A stretch of 64,000 bases of DNA from an uncultured Gemmatimonadaceae bacterium (GCA_963829055.1 CAWHHI010000012.1:256001-320000); one strand, 5' to 3'. Numbered from the stretch's first letter, positions 43,769-56,017 are shown. The notes: generated from the sequence alone by a model not told the origin. Made by a program: numbers and translations.

Positions 43769-45316
43769 CTACGGAGCCCGAGCGTCGACAATGTCGCGGC
43801 GCCCTGCGATCGAATGCGCCCGACCGTAGCCGAAGTAGATCGCGAGGCCGATCACGAGCCAGATGATGAGCCGATACCAGGTATCGGTCGGAAGGCCGTA
43901 CATCATGTAGCCGCAGATCAGAATGGCGAGCACCGGCACGACGGGAACCATTGGCGTGCGGAACGGCCGATGGAGATCCGGCGAACGGTACCGTAGCACG
44001 AGGATGCCCGCGCTCACGATCACGAAGGCGAGCAACGTTCCGATCGCGACGAGCTCACCGAGCAAGCCGATCGGGAACAATCCCGCGATGCACATCGCGA
44101 CTGTACCGGTGATGATCGTCGCGAGCCACGGCGTGCGGTACTTCGGATGCACGGACGAGAACACCTTCGGAAGCAGTCCGTCACGCGCCATCGAGTAGAA
44201 GATGCGCGGCTGGCCGAGGAGCATGACGAGCACGACGGACGCGAGTCCGGCAATGGCGCCGATGTTGATGAGGTACGTCAACCAGCGCAGCGACGGCCCG
44301 GCCTTCTCGATCGCCACGAACACCGGGTGCGGAACGTTGAGCTCCTGGTAAGGCGCCAGGCCGGTCATGACGAGCGCCATCAGGATGTAGAGCACCGTGC
44401 AGATGGCGAGCGAGCCGAGAATGCCGATCGGCAGATCGCGTTGCGGATTCTTCGCTTCCTGCGCGGCGGTCGATACCGCGTCGAACCCGATGTAGGCAAA
44501 GAAAATCACACCTGCACCGCGGAGGATTCCGCTCCACCCGTAGCTCCCGAACGTCCCCGTGTTGGCCGGAATGAACGGGTGCCAGTTCGCCGAGTTCACG
44601 TAGAAGAAGCCGAAGCCGATCACGAGGAGAACGATCGCGATCTTGACGAAGACGACGATGTTGTTGAACCGCGCGGATTCCTGGATACCGATGACGAGCA
44701 GCACGGTGAGAATGGCCACGAGCGCCATCGCCGGGATGTTGAGAAACCCATGGAACTGCGAGTACTTCGTCAGGTCGCAGGTACCGGCGGTGATCAGTGC
44801 GTTGTTCGCAGGGTCGACACAAAGCACCGACCGCACGAGCGTGTGGGTTCCTTCCACACCGAACGGTGCCGAGGTGAACTGCCGCGGGATGTGAATCCCG
44901 ATCTGCCCCATGAATTCGGTGAAGTATCCTGACCAGCCGACCGCGACGGTCGACGCGGCGAACAGGTACTCGAGGATGAGGTCCCAGCCGATGATCCAGG
45001 CGATGAACTCGCCGAGGGTCGCGTAGCCGTAGGTGTACGCGCTGCCGGCGATCGGAATCATCGAGGCGAACTCCGCGTAGCAGAGCCCCGCGAAGACGCA
45101 TCCCAACCCGGCGAGCACGAACGACAGGACGATCGCCGGCCCTGCGTATTGGGCTGCGGCGGTGCCCGTCAGAACGAAAATACCGGCCCCGATAATGGCG
45201 CCGATGCCGAGTAGGGTGAGGTTGAGTGCTCCGAGCGAGCGTTTGAGGGAATGCTCCCCCTCAACGGTTGCTTCGCTCTGAAGGCGCTCGACGCTCTTCA
45301 AGGACCATAAGCCCAT
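43769..45316 (-). CDS. APC-family amino acid permease
   Basis: GIGAIIGAGIF, CYAEFAS, GSAYTY, FFAYIGFDAVSTAAQEAKNP. Confidence 0.95.
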   Translation of the reverse strand: MGLWSLKSVERLQSEATVEGEHSLKRSLGALNLTLLGIGAIIGAGIFVLTGTAAAQYAGPAIVLSFVLAGLGCVFAGLCYAEFASMIPIAGSAYTYGYATLGEFIAWIIGWDLILEYLFAASTVAVGWSGYFTEFMGQIGIHIPRQFTSAPFGVEGTHTLVRSVLCVDPANNALITAGTCDLTKYSQFHGFLNIPAMALVAILTVLLVIGIQESARFNNIVVFVKIAIVLLVIGFGFFYVNSANWHPFIPANTGTFGSYGWSGILRGAGVIFFAYIGFDAVSTAAQEAKNPQRDLPIGILGSLAICTVLYILMALVMTGLAPYQELNVPHPVFVAIEKAGPSLRWLTYLINIGAIAGLASVVLVMLLGQPRIFYSMARDGLLPKVFSSVHPKYRTPWLATIITGTVAMCIAGLFPIGLLGELVAIGTLLAFVIVSAGILVLRYRSPDLHRPFRTPMVPVVPVLAILICGYMMYGLPTDTWYRLIIWLVIGLAIYFGYGRAHSIAGRRDIVDARAP

Positions 45317-45459
45317 GCGCTGTTCTCCGCGATCGGTTATTCCGTGAGCCGGCTATAGACAACTACAGCCGAAGATGACCTCAAAACCGCGCGGGAAGGT
45401 GGGAGGCGGTTGCGAGTGTTGTCAAGGCAACCGACACGGCTCGGACAGACGTCAGAGAC

Positions 45460-45544
45460 GGGACGGGAACGGGACTGGGGAAGCACCCTCGGGAGCCTCC
45501 GTACGAGAGCACCCGAGGGTGAGTCCCGTCCCATCCCAGTCCCG
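45460..45544. repeat. Large nested inverted repeat immediately after the guaB stop
   Basis: GGGACTGGG...CCCAGTCCC outer arms and CACCCTCGGG...CCCGAGGGTG inner arms, with GGGAC/GTCCC subrepeats. Confidence 0.6.
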
Positions 45545-47623
<2,079 letters not shown>

Positions 47624-47627
<4 letters not shown>

Positions 47628-48040
47628 GACCGTGCCTCCCCTGTCGGCGGTGGAGGCGCGTCCGGCGGTTGCTGGATCTGCGGCGCCGGAGGCGCCGGCG
47701 TGGCCCCATCACTCACAGCACCCGAAGGGGCGATGAGGCTGTTGGCCGCGCCGACTACGTCATTCGCAACAGACTTGCCAGCGGCCGCGACGCCGCTGAG
47801 CACGCCCATCGCCTTGTTCATGAGATTCATCGTCTCGGAGATCGTCGCCGCCGAGACGCGGCCGGCGCGGAGCTTGTCCTCGACCGTTTCAGCGAAGCGC
47901 TGCAGGACGTTCGTGGATGGATTCTGCCGCTCCGCATACTTCGATTCCAGGAACTCGACGAAGTCGAGCACCTGGTACGCGCGCTCATCCGAGATGGTAT
48001 CGAGCTTTCGCAGGATGCGGTCGCGCAGGAATTGATTCAT
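47624..48040 (-). CDS. Hypothetical protein (DUF2281-like N-terminus)
   Basis: QVLDFVEFLESKY helix; coupled to both neighbours. Confidence 0.7.
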
Positions 48041-48043
48041 CGA

Positions 48044-49096
48044 TCAGCCTCGCCATCGGACCCGTCTTCCGCGGGCGTCGATGTGAACATACGAGGCACC
48101 ACCCTTGTTGTAGAGGCCCATCCCGCCAACCAGGTCGGGATGCTCACGCTCCACGACCTCGACGGCCTTCGCGACGAGGCGCGTGTCGGAGAACGTCAGC
48201 TTGCCGTCGCCGTTGCTGTCGATGGCGACGTCGGCCGCGTCACCATACTGGTGGCGGCTGTCGCGCGCCGCGCGCTTGACGCGCCGATTGTGAATCGGGG
48301 TGCGAAATCCGGAATGCACGTCCAGCGCGAACCGCGCGTCGTCGCCCTTGCCGCTCAGCCGACCGATCTCCGCCACCACGAGCTCGATCTTGTCGAGCAA
48401 CCGCGCGTCGAGCGCTGCATAACGCGGCCAGCTTTCCTGGTTGTCGTGGGTCACGAAATCCGACAGACGCAGGTGCTTCGTGATAGGCAGGTCGAGCACG
48501 TCCTCACCGATCTCGACGAAACCCGGCGGGGCTGGCTCCTCGGTGCGCGCGCCAAGGCGTTCGGCGACGTAGGTCCCGATACGGTAGCCATTGAGCGTGC
48601 TGCCGAGCTTGGCCGAAAAGGGCACCATCACCGACAGGGCGGGTCCATCGACGAGGACACGTTCGGTCCCCTTCATCAAGGCAAGCCGGTAGAAGCCGGG
48701 CTTTTGCGGGGCCTCGAAGCGCGCCTCGAGCGGCCGCGTCGATTCGCGCGCGAGAGCCTGCACGGCGCCCGTATCGGCGAACGGAATCCACGCATAGGCG
48801 AGGTCGGCTGGGTCACCTCTGAGCTCGACAGGATACGTTAGCTGATCGCCCGGAAGTGCAAACAATACGCGGACTTCGCCACTGAGCCCGAAAGCATTAC
48901 GTGAGGCGAACGCGAGTGGCCCGAGGCTATCGCCGATCGCGATGTCGCCCCGGCTCTCGATGAACTGGCGCGGCGGCTCGTAGAACTGCACCACGCCTAG
49001 CGCGGCGGAACCGAACACCGCGAGGGACGCGAGACGGGACGCGACCCGCTGCGTACGACGGTTGGACGGATTGCCCGGCGAGGCGTCGACGCTCAC
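48044..49096 (-). CDS. Peptidase M15 (YcbK/D-Ala-D-Ala carboxypeptidase-like) family protein
   Basis: SGFRTP.HN, SRHQYGDAAD, GGMGLY, YVHIDARG zinc motifs. Confidence 0.85.
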   Translation of the reverse strand: MSVDASPGNPSNRRTQRVASRLASLAVFGSAALGVVQFYEPPRQFIESRGDIAIGDSLGPLAFASRNAFGLSGEVRVLFALPGDQLTYPVELRGDPADLAYAWIPFADTGAVQALARESTRPLEARFEAPQKPGFYRLALMKGTERVLVDGPALSVMVPFSAKLGSTLNGYRIGTYVAERLGARTEEPAPPGFVEIGEDVLDLPITKHLRLSDFVTHDNQESWPRYAALDARLLDKIELVVAEIGRLSGKGDDARFALDVHSGFRTPIHNRRVKRAARDSRHQYGDAADVAIDSNGDGKLTFSDTRLVAKAVEVVEREHPDLVGGMGLYNKGGASYVHIDARGRRVRWRG

Positions 49097-50058
49097 GATC
49101 GGCCCCAGCGTGCTCGTGCTCCGCGCGTATCGACGTGCGCGAATGGGCCGTGCGCCCGGGTGGCACGGTAGACCGAGGCACCGCCCACAAGCTCCGGGTG
49201 AGCGCGTTCAACCCTCTCGACCGCCTGGAGGATCACGCGTGCGTCGCGAGAGTCGACTCGGCGATCATGATTGAGGTCATCCATGCGGCCGTTGCCGTCG
49301 TTGTCGACGAACACGTCCGCAGCATCGCCAAACTGGTGGCGGCTGTCCCGTGCGCGACCGCCGCGCCCAACGCCTTGCGCGTTGTACTGCGGTGTCCGGA
49401 AGCCAGACATCACGACCATGTGCTCGACGCGCACGCCGTGTCCAGCGAGGTCGTCGATCACGAGCTCGAGCTTGTCCACCAGCGTTTCACGAAGCACGAG
49501 GTACTTCGGCCACACGTTCTCCTGGTCGTGGGTCAGGAAGTCGCGGAGGCGGAAGTGCTCGGACACGAACGTGTCCTGGTTTTGAGGCGTCACCTCGATG
49601 AAGCCCTCGGGGTTTTCGTACGCCTCGGTTCGATTGCGCCGACGCTCGGAGGGCCAGAACCCGACTCGATAGTCACCGACGGTTCCGCCAGCCTTGGACG
49701 CGAACGGAATCAACGAGATGAACGCGAACGGGCGACCCATGATGTCTTCGGCCGCCTGATACACGCCGGGGCGCGCCTCATCGGGCGCGTTGCCAAAGAG
49801 CCGCTCGAGAATCGGAAGCGCGAACACGTGCGTCGAGCTGAACAGGCGGAAGCGGAGCTTCCCGCTGCGACCGAACAGAGAGTCCGGCACAACGACGTGG
49901 ACGGTCGTCGTGTTCGCGACCGCCGCGCCCGGCAGTGCTGGAGCCCTCACAGGCAGGCCGGCGTGTGCCATGCCCGCCGCGGGGAGCAGCGAAGCAAGCC
50001 CCACGGAGCAGCTCACCATCACGCGCCAGCCCAGCACGCGCAGACGTTTTTGGTACAT
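49093..50058 (-). CDS. Peptidase M15 family protein, paralog of the adjacent gene
   Basis: SEHFRLRDF, SGFRTPQYN, SRHQFGDAAD, FAHVDTRG; GGAGGAG RBS before the ATG at 50058. Confidence 0.85.
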   Translation of the reverse strand: MYQKRLRVLGWRVMVSCSVGLASLLPAAGMAHAGLPVRAPALPGAAVANTTTVHVVVPDSLFGRSGKLRFRLFSSTHVFALPILERLFGNAPDEARPGVYQAAEDIMGRPFAFISLIPFASKAGGTVGDYRVGFWPSERRRNRTEAYENPEGFIEVTPQNQDTFVSEHFRLRDFLTHDQENVWPKYLVLRETLVDKLELVIDDLAGHGVRVEHMVVMSGFRTPQYNAQGVGRGGRARDSRHQFGDAADVFVDNDGNGRMDDLNHDRRVDSRDARVILQAVERVERAHPELVGGASVYRATRAHGPFAHVDTRGARARWGRS

Positions 50059-50259
50059 GAACTCCTCCCTGGTAACCAGACTGGCGGCGCCGAAGCGTCG
50101 TCTCACGGCTTTGCGTATCGGCGTTCCCTGCCGAGTTGCCCTTTGCAAGGAGCCTCCGCAGCCGTGCGGAGGAACTGTAACGTTGCTAATTCTATAAGGT
50201 TGAAGCTATTCGCACACCCCAAAAATCGCCCGATCACCGCACCACAGCTAACTCAGCAG

Positions 50260-51123
50260 TCAGTATATGTACACCGGCGTGCCGACCGGGACCATCTGAT
50301 ACAGCGTCTCAATGTCCTCGTTTCTCAGGCGGACGCAGCCATGACTCACTGAACTGCCGATACTTGATGGTACGTCCGTGCCGTGGAGGGCGTAACCGTC
50401 CCCTAGGTTCAGGCGGTTGGTACCCAAGACTCCACTGTACTTCCGCTGCGTCGTTCCGAAGGGCGGAATGATGATGTTCTTGTTCGCTACGATCTCCCGC
50501 CCTTCGGCGACATCGAACGGGATCTCCTGGCCATCCGCCGCCTTCCGCACGACCTCGTTTCCTTCGACGGTGATCGCTGACCCATCTGGCAACTTGATCG
50601 GCTGCCCGCGTACGAGATGCACGAGGCCCAGGCTCTTCTTCTTCGCCATCTCCACGTAGTGCCAGTCAGGCGGCACCCAGGTCGGCTCCGTCTCCTTACT
50701 CTCGACGACCAGCCGCCCCCGAGGGGTTTCGAATTTCCATTTGTTTCCGCCGCCCTTCGCCAATACCTTCCCGCTCCCTGTCGCGACCTGCGTCGTGAAC
50801 AGAATCTGGTCACCGCGTTTGTACCACAAACGGTGATCCGCGATGCTGACGACGATGTACGGCAAGCTGTCGGCCGGTGCCGATTCCGTGCTGTCAACGA
50901 GGATCTTCTTCAGAGTATCGGTCGATGCACCGATCCGGTGCTTGATCCCGTCCAGCACATCGAGATTGTCATTGAAGACCATCCGTGAGACATCGCGCTC
51001 GTAGCGCGCGTTTACCGTCGACCTGAACAGGTACGCGCTCGCACCCGCAACGAGCACTACCAGGCCGATGAGGATCCAGGCTGCCCGCCCGCCGCTCACG
51101 AAGAATCCACCTCGCTCAGACAT
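50260..51123 (-). CDS. L,D-transpeptidase (YkuD family)
   Basis: YIVVSI, VATG, TPRG, PTWVPP, YALHGT...SHGCVRL. Confidence 0.93.
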   Translation of the reverse strand: MSERGGFFVSGGRAAWILIGLVVLVAGASAYLFRSTVNARYERDVSRMVFNDNLDVLDGIKHRIGASTDTLKKILVDSTESAPADSLPYIVVSIADHRLWYKRGDQILFTTQVATGSGKVLAKGGGNKWKFETPRGRLVVESKETEPTWVPPDWHYVEMAKKKSLGLVHLVRGQPIKLPDGSAITVEGNEVVRKAADGQEIPFDVAEGREIVANKNIIIPPFGTTQRKYSGVLGTNRLNLGDGYALHGTDVPSSIGSSVSHGCVRLRNEDIETLYQMVPVGTPVYIY

Positions 51124-51153
51124 TCCTGCCTCGTTTCCCGTTCGAGACGCCGA

Positions 51154-51861
51154 TCAATACAGATATACCGTCATGCCCGGGGACAGGTTCGGCGCGATAG
51201 CGCGCAGATCCTGCGTACGGGCGCGAATCGCTCCTGGCAGCACATAGGAAGAATCGCTCAATGGGCCGCCTGTCGGGTGGCTGTAGATCACTGCGCCACC
51301 CGACAGCACGATAGCACCGGCCCCCAGGGCGCCCGCAATCGCGCGGTCTTCCGGTACCGGCATCCCGCGATCGACGTACACCCACTTGGGGACTTCCCAC
51401 TTGTCCTTCGCGGTCAGCACTCGCTCGACAGTCCTCGATCCGCGCGGCGCAACAATCTTGAGGGTGTCGGCCGCCGCGCCAACGCTTTTTTCCGGACCGA
51501 CATCGACCGGCATTTCACGAAGCAGCGCTCCTTCGCGCTCGAGGTACATGACCCCACTGTCGACCGCGACCGACAGGTGGAGGTCCTTGTCCAGATTTGC
51601 CTGCCGGCGCATCAGCTCGAGCGTGACCCGCATGCGATTCTCTTCCGCGGCGACGACCATGTCGGCCTTCCGCCGCTCCTGATCCGTCATGCCGGTGCGG
51701 AGCCTCGTGGTTTCCCGCGAGTACCTAACGCGTTGATAGATCAACCAGCCGTCGATCGCCAGCATCGACATGAGCAGCACCAACAGAACGGAGATGATTC
51801 CAGGATAGGCGAGCCGAAACTCGCGCCAGCTTTGGCGGCGGCGTTCTACAGGCGGCGTCAC
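51154..51861 (-). CDS. L,D-transpeptidase-like protein lacking the catalytic His/Cys
   Basis: Colinear with the neighbour (APRG, WEVPKWVY, LG, PGMTVYLY) but has VIYSH and LPGAIR in place of ALHGT and SHGCVR. Confidence 0.7.
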   Translation of the reverse strand: MTPPVERRRQSWREFRLAYPGIISVLLVLLMSMLAIDGWLIYQRVRYSRETTRLRTGMTDQERRKADMVVAAEENRMRVTLELMRRQANLDKDLHLSVAVDSGVMYLEREGALLREMPVDVGPEKSVGAAADTLKIVAPRGSRTVERVLTAKDKWEVPKWVYVDRGMPVPEDRAIAGALGAGAIVLSGGAVIYSHPTGGPLSDSSYVLPGAIRARTQDLRAIAPNLSPGMTVYLY

Positions 51862-53096
51862 TTGCGCGGGGTGATGGACAGGAGATCCAGAATCGGTACG
51901 CCGACGAGCTCACTCTTCCCGGTGCGAACACGGGCCGTGATCATCGCCTGCGTGAGCTCGGGCATCGCGTTCGCGCTCGACATGAGTGACGCCGGGACGA
52001 CAAGGTAGAGGAGCGCGTTCTCCTCGTTAGGGCCGCGCGCGAGCAAATACACCTCGTCCGGCGCGAGATCGCGGCGGAGCACGTCGGCCTTCTGCTTCGC
52101 GAGCACCTGCACGTTCCACCGCACGACCTTGCCGCGGCTTCCCTGTGGGTCGGCGCGAAGATCCGCTGCGCTCGTGCCCGTGCGCACCGCCGTATCCGCT
52201 GGCACGAGGTCGCGCTCCTGAACCCACCCCTCCAGCCGGACCCGAACCCACCCTCGCTCACGCGCGAGTGGAACGAGCGTGGTGCCCTGCGCGACCGTGG
52301 CGAGCGGACGGGCGTCGGGCGCGGCGCGCAGGGCGATGTTCGACGTTGGAACGAGCGTCGAATCCGACAGCGGTGATGACGATGACTTGGTGGCAGCTGC
52401 GGACTTGGTGACGGCAACGGCAGTCGGCGCGGAGGTCGCGGCCAGCCGAGCTTTCGGCTCGGGCGCATTGCCGCGTGCGGCCGACGGCTCCGCCGGCTTC
52501 TTCACCGCTGCCTTGCTCGTTGGCGACGATGCCACCTCGCCCCCGCTCGCCTTGCGAGACGAAGCGGCAGTGCTCGCGGCGGGTCGGCGCGACGGCGACG
52601 ATGCGCGCGCGACGTCCGCCGCAGATGCTCGATCGAGCGCGGACTGCAATACCCAACCCTCGCGCGAGATGCGCACCCAGCCTGTCGGCGCCTCTCCCGT
52701 GCGGACCACCACGGACGTGCCCGCGTCGAGCGACGCTACGCTGCGGGCCGACGTCGCACCACGCGACCGCACGACGGCGCTCCGACTTCCCACCCGGGTC
52801 GACGAAGCGCGGCGGTCTGGCGAGAGACGCGTCCGTTCGACGAACCCATCGATGGACACTTTGGCATAGGCACCACGCGTTTCGAGAACGCGGACCGACA
52901 AGCCCGGGTGGACGCTTCCGACTGCAGCACCCTTTGGCGACCCGAGGACTGCGGTCGGCGTGCTGACGACCCTCGATTGTGCCCGCGCCGACGTGGTGAG
53001 CACGACGGCAAGCGCGGCTGCCGCGCCAACTTGGCGCGCAACGCGAGACACAAAACGAGACATGGGTGTAGAAGGGCGCATCGCTGGTTGGTCCAT
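51858..53096 (-). CDS. Exported protein with three SH3b-like repeats
   Basis: YAKVSIDGFV, WVRISREGWV and WVRVRLEGWV repeats; signal peptide; Ala/Ser/Pro linker. Confidence 0.75.
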   Translation of the reverse strand: MDQPAMRPSTPMSRFVSRVARQVGAAAALAVVLTTSARAQSRVVSTPTAVLGSPKGAAVGSVHPGLSVRVLETRGAYAKVSIDGFVERTRLSPDRRASSTRVGSRSAVVRSRGATSARSVASLDAGTSVVVRTGEAPTGWVRISREGWVLQSALDRASAADVARASSPSRRPAASTAASSRKASGGEVASSPTSKAAVKKPAEPSAARGNAPEPKARLAATSAPTAVAVTKSAAATKSSSSPLSDSTLVPTSNIALRAAPDARPLATVAQGTTLVPLARERGWVRVRLEGWVQERDLVPADTAVRTGTSAADLRADPQGSRGKVVRWNVQVLAKQKADVLRRDLAPDEVYLLARGPNEENALLYLVVPASLMSSANAMPELTQAMITARVRTGKSELVGVPILDLLSITPRK

Positions 53097-53187
53097 GTGT
53101 GCCCGAATACATTCAACCGGAACTGGCGACCGCCGAGCGCGGCGCGCACAAATCTTCCGGCAAACGTAATTCAGAACAAGCGTACGA

Positions 53188-54738
53188 ATGGCGAACGATG
53201 AACACCGACCCGTCGTCCTCGTGGTGCTCGATGGGTGGGGGTACCGCGAGGCTCAGGAAGGCAACGCAATTCGAATGGCGCACGTGCCCACGTGGGACCG
53301 ACTCTGGTCACGCGCGCCGCGGACGCTCCTGGACGCGTCGGGACTAGCCGTTGGACTGCCGGAAGGCCAGATGGGAAACAGTGAGGTCGGGCATCTGAAC
53401 CTGGGTGCCGGACGTGTGGTGATGCAGGATCTCGTTCGCATCGACCTCGCCATCCGCGACGGCTCCTTCTTCGCGCTCCCGGCATTCACCAACGTCTGCG
53501 CCCACGTTCGAAGGACGGGCGGAACGCTGCACCTGATGGGGCTCCTGGGCGACGGCGGCGTGCATGCGGTCGACCGCCATCTGTTCGCGCTATTCGATCT
53601 GGTCGAACGCGAGCGTGTACCGCGGGCGGCACTCCACGCGCTTCTCGACGGACGCGACACGCTGCCGAAGTCGGCGCTGGGGTACATGGAGCAGACGATC
53701 GCGCGCGCCGCTGGAAGAGTCGTGGTGGGGAGCCTCGGCGGCCGCTACTACGGCATGGATCGCGACAAGCGATGGGAGCGCACGCAGCTCTGGTATGACG
53801 CGGCGGTCCTCGGTGTCGGACCCCAGGTGCAGGACCCCGTGGCGGCAATCCGTGATGCGTACGATCGAGGGGAGACGGACGAGTTCATCAAGCCAGTCGT
53901 TGTCGCGAACGACGGCTCGCCGATCGCACCGTTCCGCGACGGCGACGCACTCATCTGCTTCAACTACCGATCGGACCGCATGCGTCAGATGGTGCGCGCG
54001 CTCACCGACGACGCCTTCAGCGGCTTCCCGAGCCGGCATCCGAAGATCCCAGTGGCGACGATGACGTCGTACGACCAGACGCTCAACGTCCCAGTCGCGT
54101 TCCCGCCGCAGTCCATGGCGCGCATCGTTGCCGAAACGCTGGCCGAGCACGGACGGACGTCATTGCGGACCGCGGAGACGGAGAAGTACGCGCACGTGAC
54201 CTACTTCTTCAACGGCGGCGTCGAGATCCCGTATGCGGGGGAAGAACGCATTCTGGTGCCGAGTCAGAAGGTCGCGACGTACGATCTCGCGCCGGAGATG
54301 AGCGCGCACGGCATCACGGACGTCCTGTGCAACGCGATCGACACGCGATCGCACGACTTCGTGCTGTGCAACTACGCGAACGGTGACATGGTCGGCCACA
54401 CGGGATCCATTCCCGCGACGCTCAAGGCAGTGGAGACGGTGGATGCGTGCCTAACGCGCATCGTCGCCGCGGCGGAGCGCACGGGCGCGCGACTGCTCAT
54501 CACCGCGGACCACGGCAACTGTGAGCAGATGATCGACCCGGCGACGGGGGGCCCGCATACAGCACACACGACGAATCCGGTGCCCTTCCTCGTTGTCGAT
54601 CCCGGTGGCGGCAACGAGGAGCTGCGTAGCGGCGGAGCGCTGTGCGACGTTGGACCAACGATTCTCCGGATGCTGGGTATCGACCAGCCGGATGAAATGA
54701 CAGGCACTTCCCTCAGACCTTCCGGAGTGAGCGCGTGA
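53188..54738 (+). CDS. gpmI: 2,3-bisphosphoglycerate-independent phosphoglycerate mutase
   Basis: LDGWG, GQMGNSEVGH, DGRD, MDRDKRW, AETEKYAHVT, DMVGHTG, TADHGN. Confidence 0.97.
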   Translation: MANDEHRPVVLVVLDGWGYREAQEGNAIRMAHVPTWDRLWSRAPRTLLDASGLAVGLPEGQMGNSEVGHLNLGAGRVVMQDLVRIDLAIRDGSFFALPAFTNVCAHVRRTGGTLHLMGLLGDGGVHAVDRHLFALFDLVERERVPRAALHALLDGRDTLPKSALGYMEQTIARAAGRVVVGSLGGRYYGMDRDKRWERTQLWYDAAVLGVGPQVQDPVAAIRDAYDRGETDEFIKPVVVANDGSPIAPFRDGDALICFNYRSDRMRQMVRALTDDAFSGFPSRHPKIPVATMTSYDQTLNVPVAFPPQSMARIVAETLAEHGRTSLRTAETEKYAHVTYFFNGGVEIPYAGEERILVPSQKVATYDLAPEMSAHGITDVLCNAIDTRSHDFVLCNYANGDMVGHTGSIPATLKAVETVDACLTRIVAAAERTGARLLITADHGNCEQMIDPATGGPHTAHTTNPVPFLVVDPGGGNEELRSGGALCDVGPTILRMLGIDQPDEMTGTSLRPSGVSA

Positions 54739-55448
54739 ACGTTCGGATGTGGGTGAAAACGGCAACAACGCTCGTCTGCTCTGCGATCGCGGGGCCGCTG
54801 GCGGCGCAGCAGGTGGTGGGACATGCGCCGCAGGCCAGCCCGTTTATCGATCTCGAGTACAAGCAGGAATTGTCTCTCTTCGGCGGTCATTACAACGCCG
54901 GCAAGGACGCTGTCGGTGTCGCGCCGCAGGACGGACCGATGGTCGGCCTGCGGTACGACCTCCGGCTCGGAGGTCCCGCGTCGCTGACAACCCGTTTCGC
55001 GTACGTGTCGTCCGAGCGAACCATCATCGACCCGCGTCGTCCAGCCGCGATACGGGTCGTGGAGGAGAACGCCTCGTGGCCGATCTACCTCGCGGAAGTC
55101 GGCATCTCCGTCAACCTCACCGGGCAGCGCAGCTACCGCCGATTCGTTCCGTTCCTGAACGGTGGGGCAGGTGTCGCTACCGACTTCAAGGGTGGCGCGG
55201 ATGTCGGCGCATGGAGCTTCGGCACCCCGTTTGCATTTTCGTTCGGCGGCGGAATGAAATGGGTGCCCACCGGTAACCTCCAGGCGCGGCTCGACCTCTC
55301 GGATCATCTCTATCAGATCAAGTATCCGAATTCGTACTACCAAACCGCGAGCGACGGGACGAGCGTGCTGAGGCCGAACGCCGCGAAGAGCGACTGGACG
55401 AACAACTTCGGGTTCGCGCTCGGGATATCGTACCTGTTCTTCCGCTAG
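54735..55448 (+). CDS. Outer-membrane beta-barrel protein (small, porin-like)
   Basis: Signal peptide; VPFLNGGAG, FSFGGGMKW, C-terminal ALGISYLFFR. Confidence 0.7.
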   Translation: MNVRMWVKTATTLVCSAIAGPLAAQQVVGHAPQASPFIDLEYKQELSLFGGHYNAGKDAVGVAPQDGPMVGLRYDLRLGGPASLTTRFAYVSSERTIIDPRRPAAIRVVEENASWPIYLAEVGISVNLTGQRSYRRFVPFLNGGAGVATDFKGGADVGAWSFGTPFAFSFGGGMKWVPTGNLQARLDLSDHLYQIKYPNSYYQTASDGTSVLRPNAAKSDWTNNFGFALGISYLFFR

Positions 55449-55501
55449 CGGCGCCGCCCGACCGGGCCGCCGTGCACGAAATTGCCACGGCGAGGTGAGT
55501 G

Positions 55502-56017
55502 ATGGCGCATGACTTCGAAGACATCGATGACATCGACGACCTGAGCGACGACGAGCTGCGGCGGCTCGTCCGCGATCGCCTGACGGAGCACCGAGCGCTC
55601 GATGTTCGCGACATCTCGATCGTCGTTCGCGATGGTGTCGTCGCGCTGAATGGACGCGTGGGCACCGAGGGCGAGCGGCGCGTCGCGGAGCACGTGCTCA
55701 CGGACGTCGTCGGCATCGAAACGGTGCACAACAATCTCGTGGTGGACTCACTCCGCAGAGCGGAGAGTCCCGAAGCGGTCGACGATCATCTCGCTGACGA
55801 GGAGGAGCACTCCGGCCTGCTCCTCGGCGACCGCGCAGTGCCACTGAGCCCGGAGGCCGAGCACCTGGAGGAGGATGTCGACGCGCGCCTGTACGGGACA
55901 ACCGACGTGGGGAACGCGATAGAGGAAGGCACGGCGTGGATCCCGCCGACGTCGCCCACACAGGAAGGCATAGAAGGCAGTGACGCGTCGTCCGCGGACT
56001 ACGGCGAGGATCACTGA
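55502..56017 (+). CDS. BON domain protein with acidic tail
   Basis: ISIVVRDGVVALNGRV...VVGIETVHNNLVV. Confidence 0.85.
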   Translation: MAHDFEDIDDIDDLSDDELRRLVRDRLTEHRALDVRDISIVVRDGVVALNGRVGTEGERRVAEHVLTDVVGIETVHNNLVVDSLRRAESPEAVDDHLADEEEHSGLLLGDRAVPLSPEAEHLEEDVDARLYGTTDVGNAIEEGTAWIPPTSPTQEGIEGSDASSADYGEDH

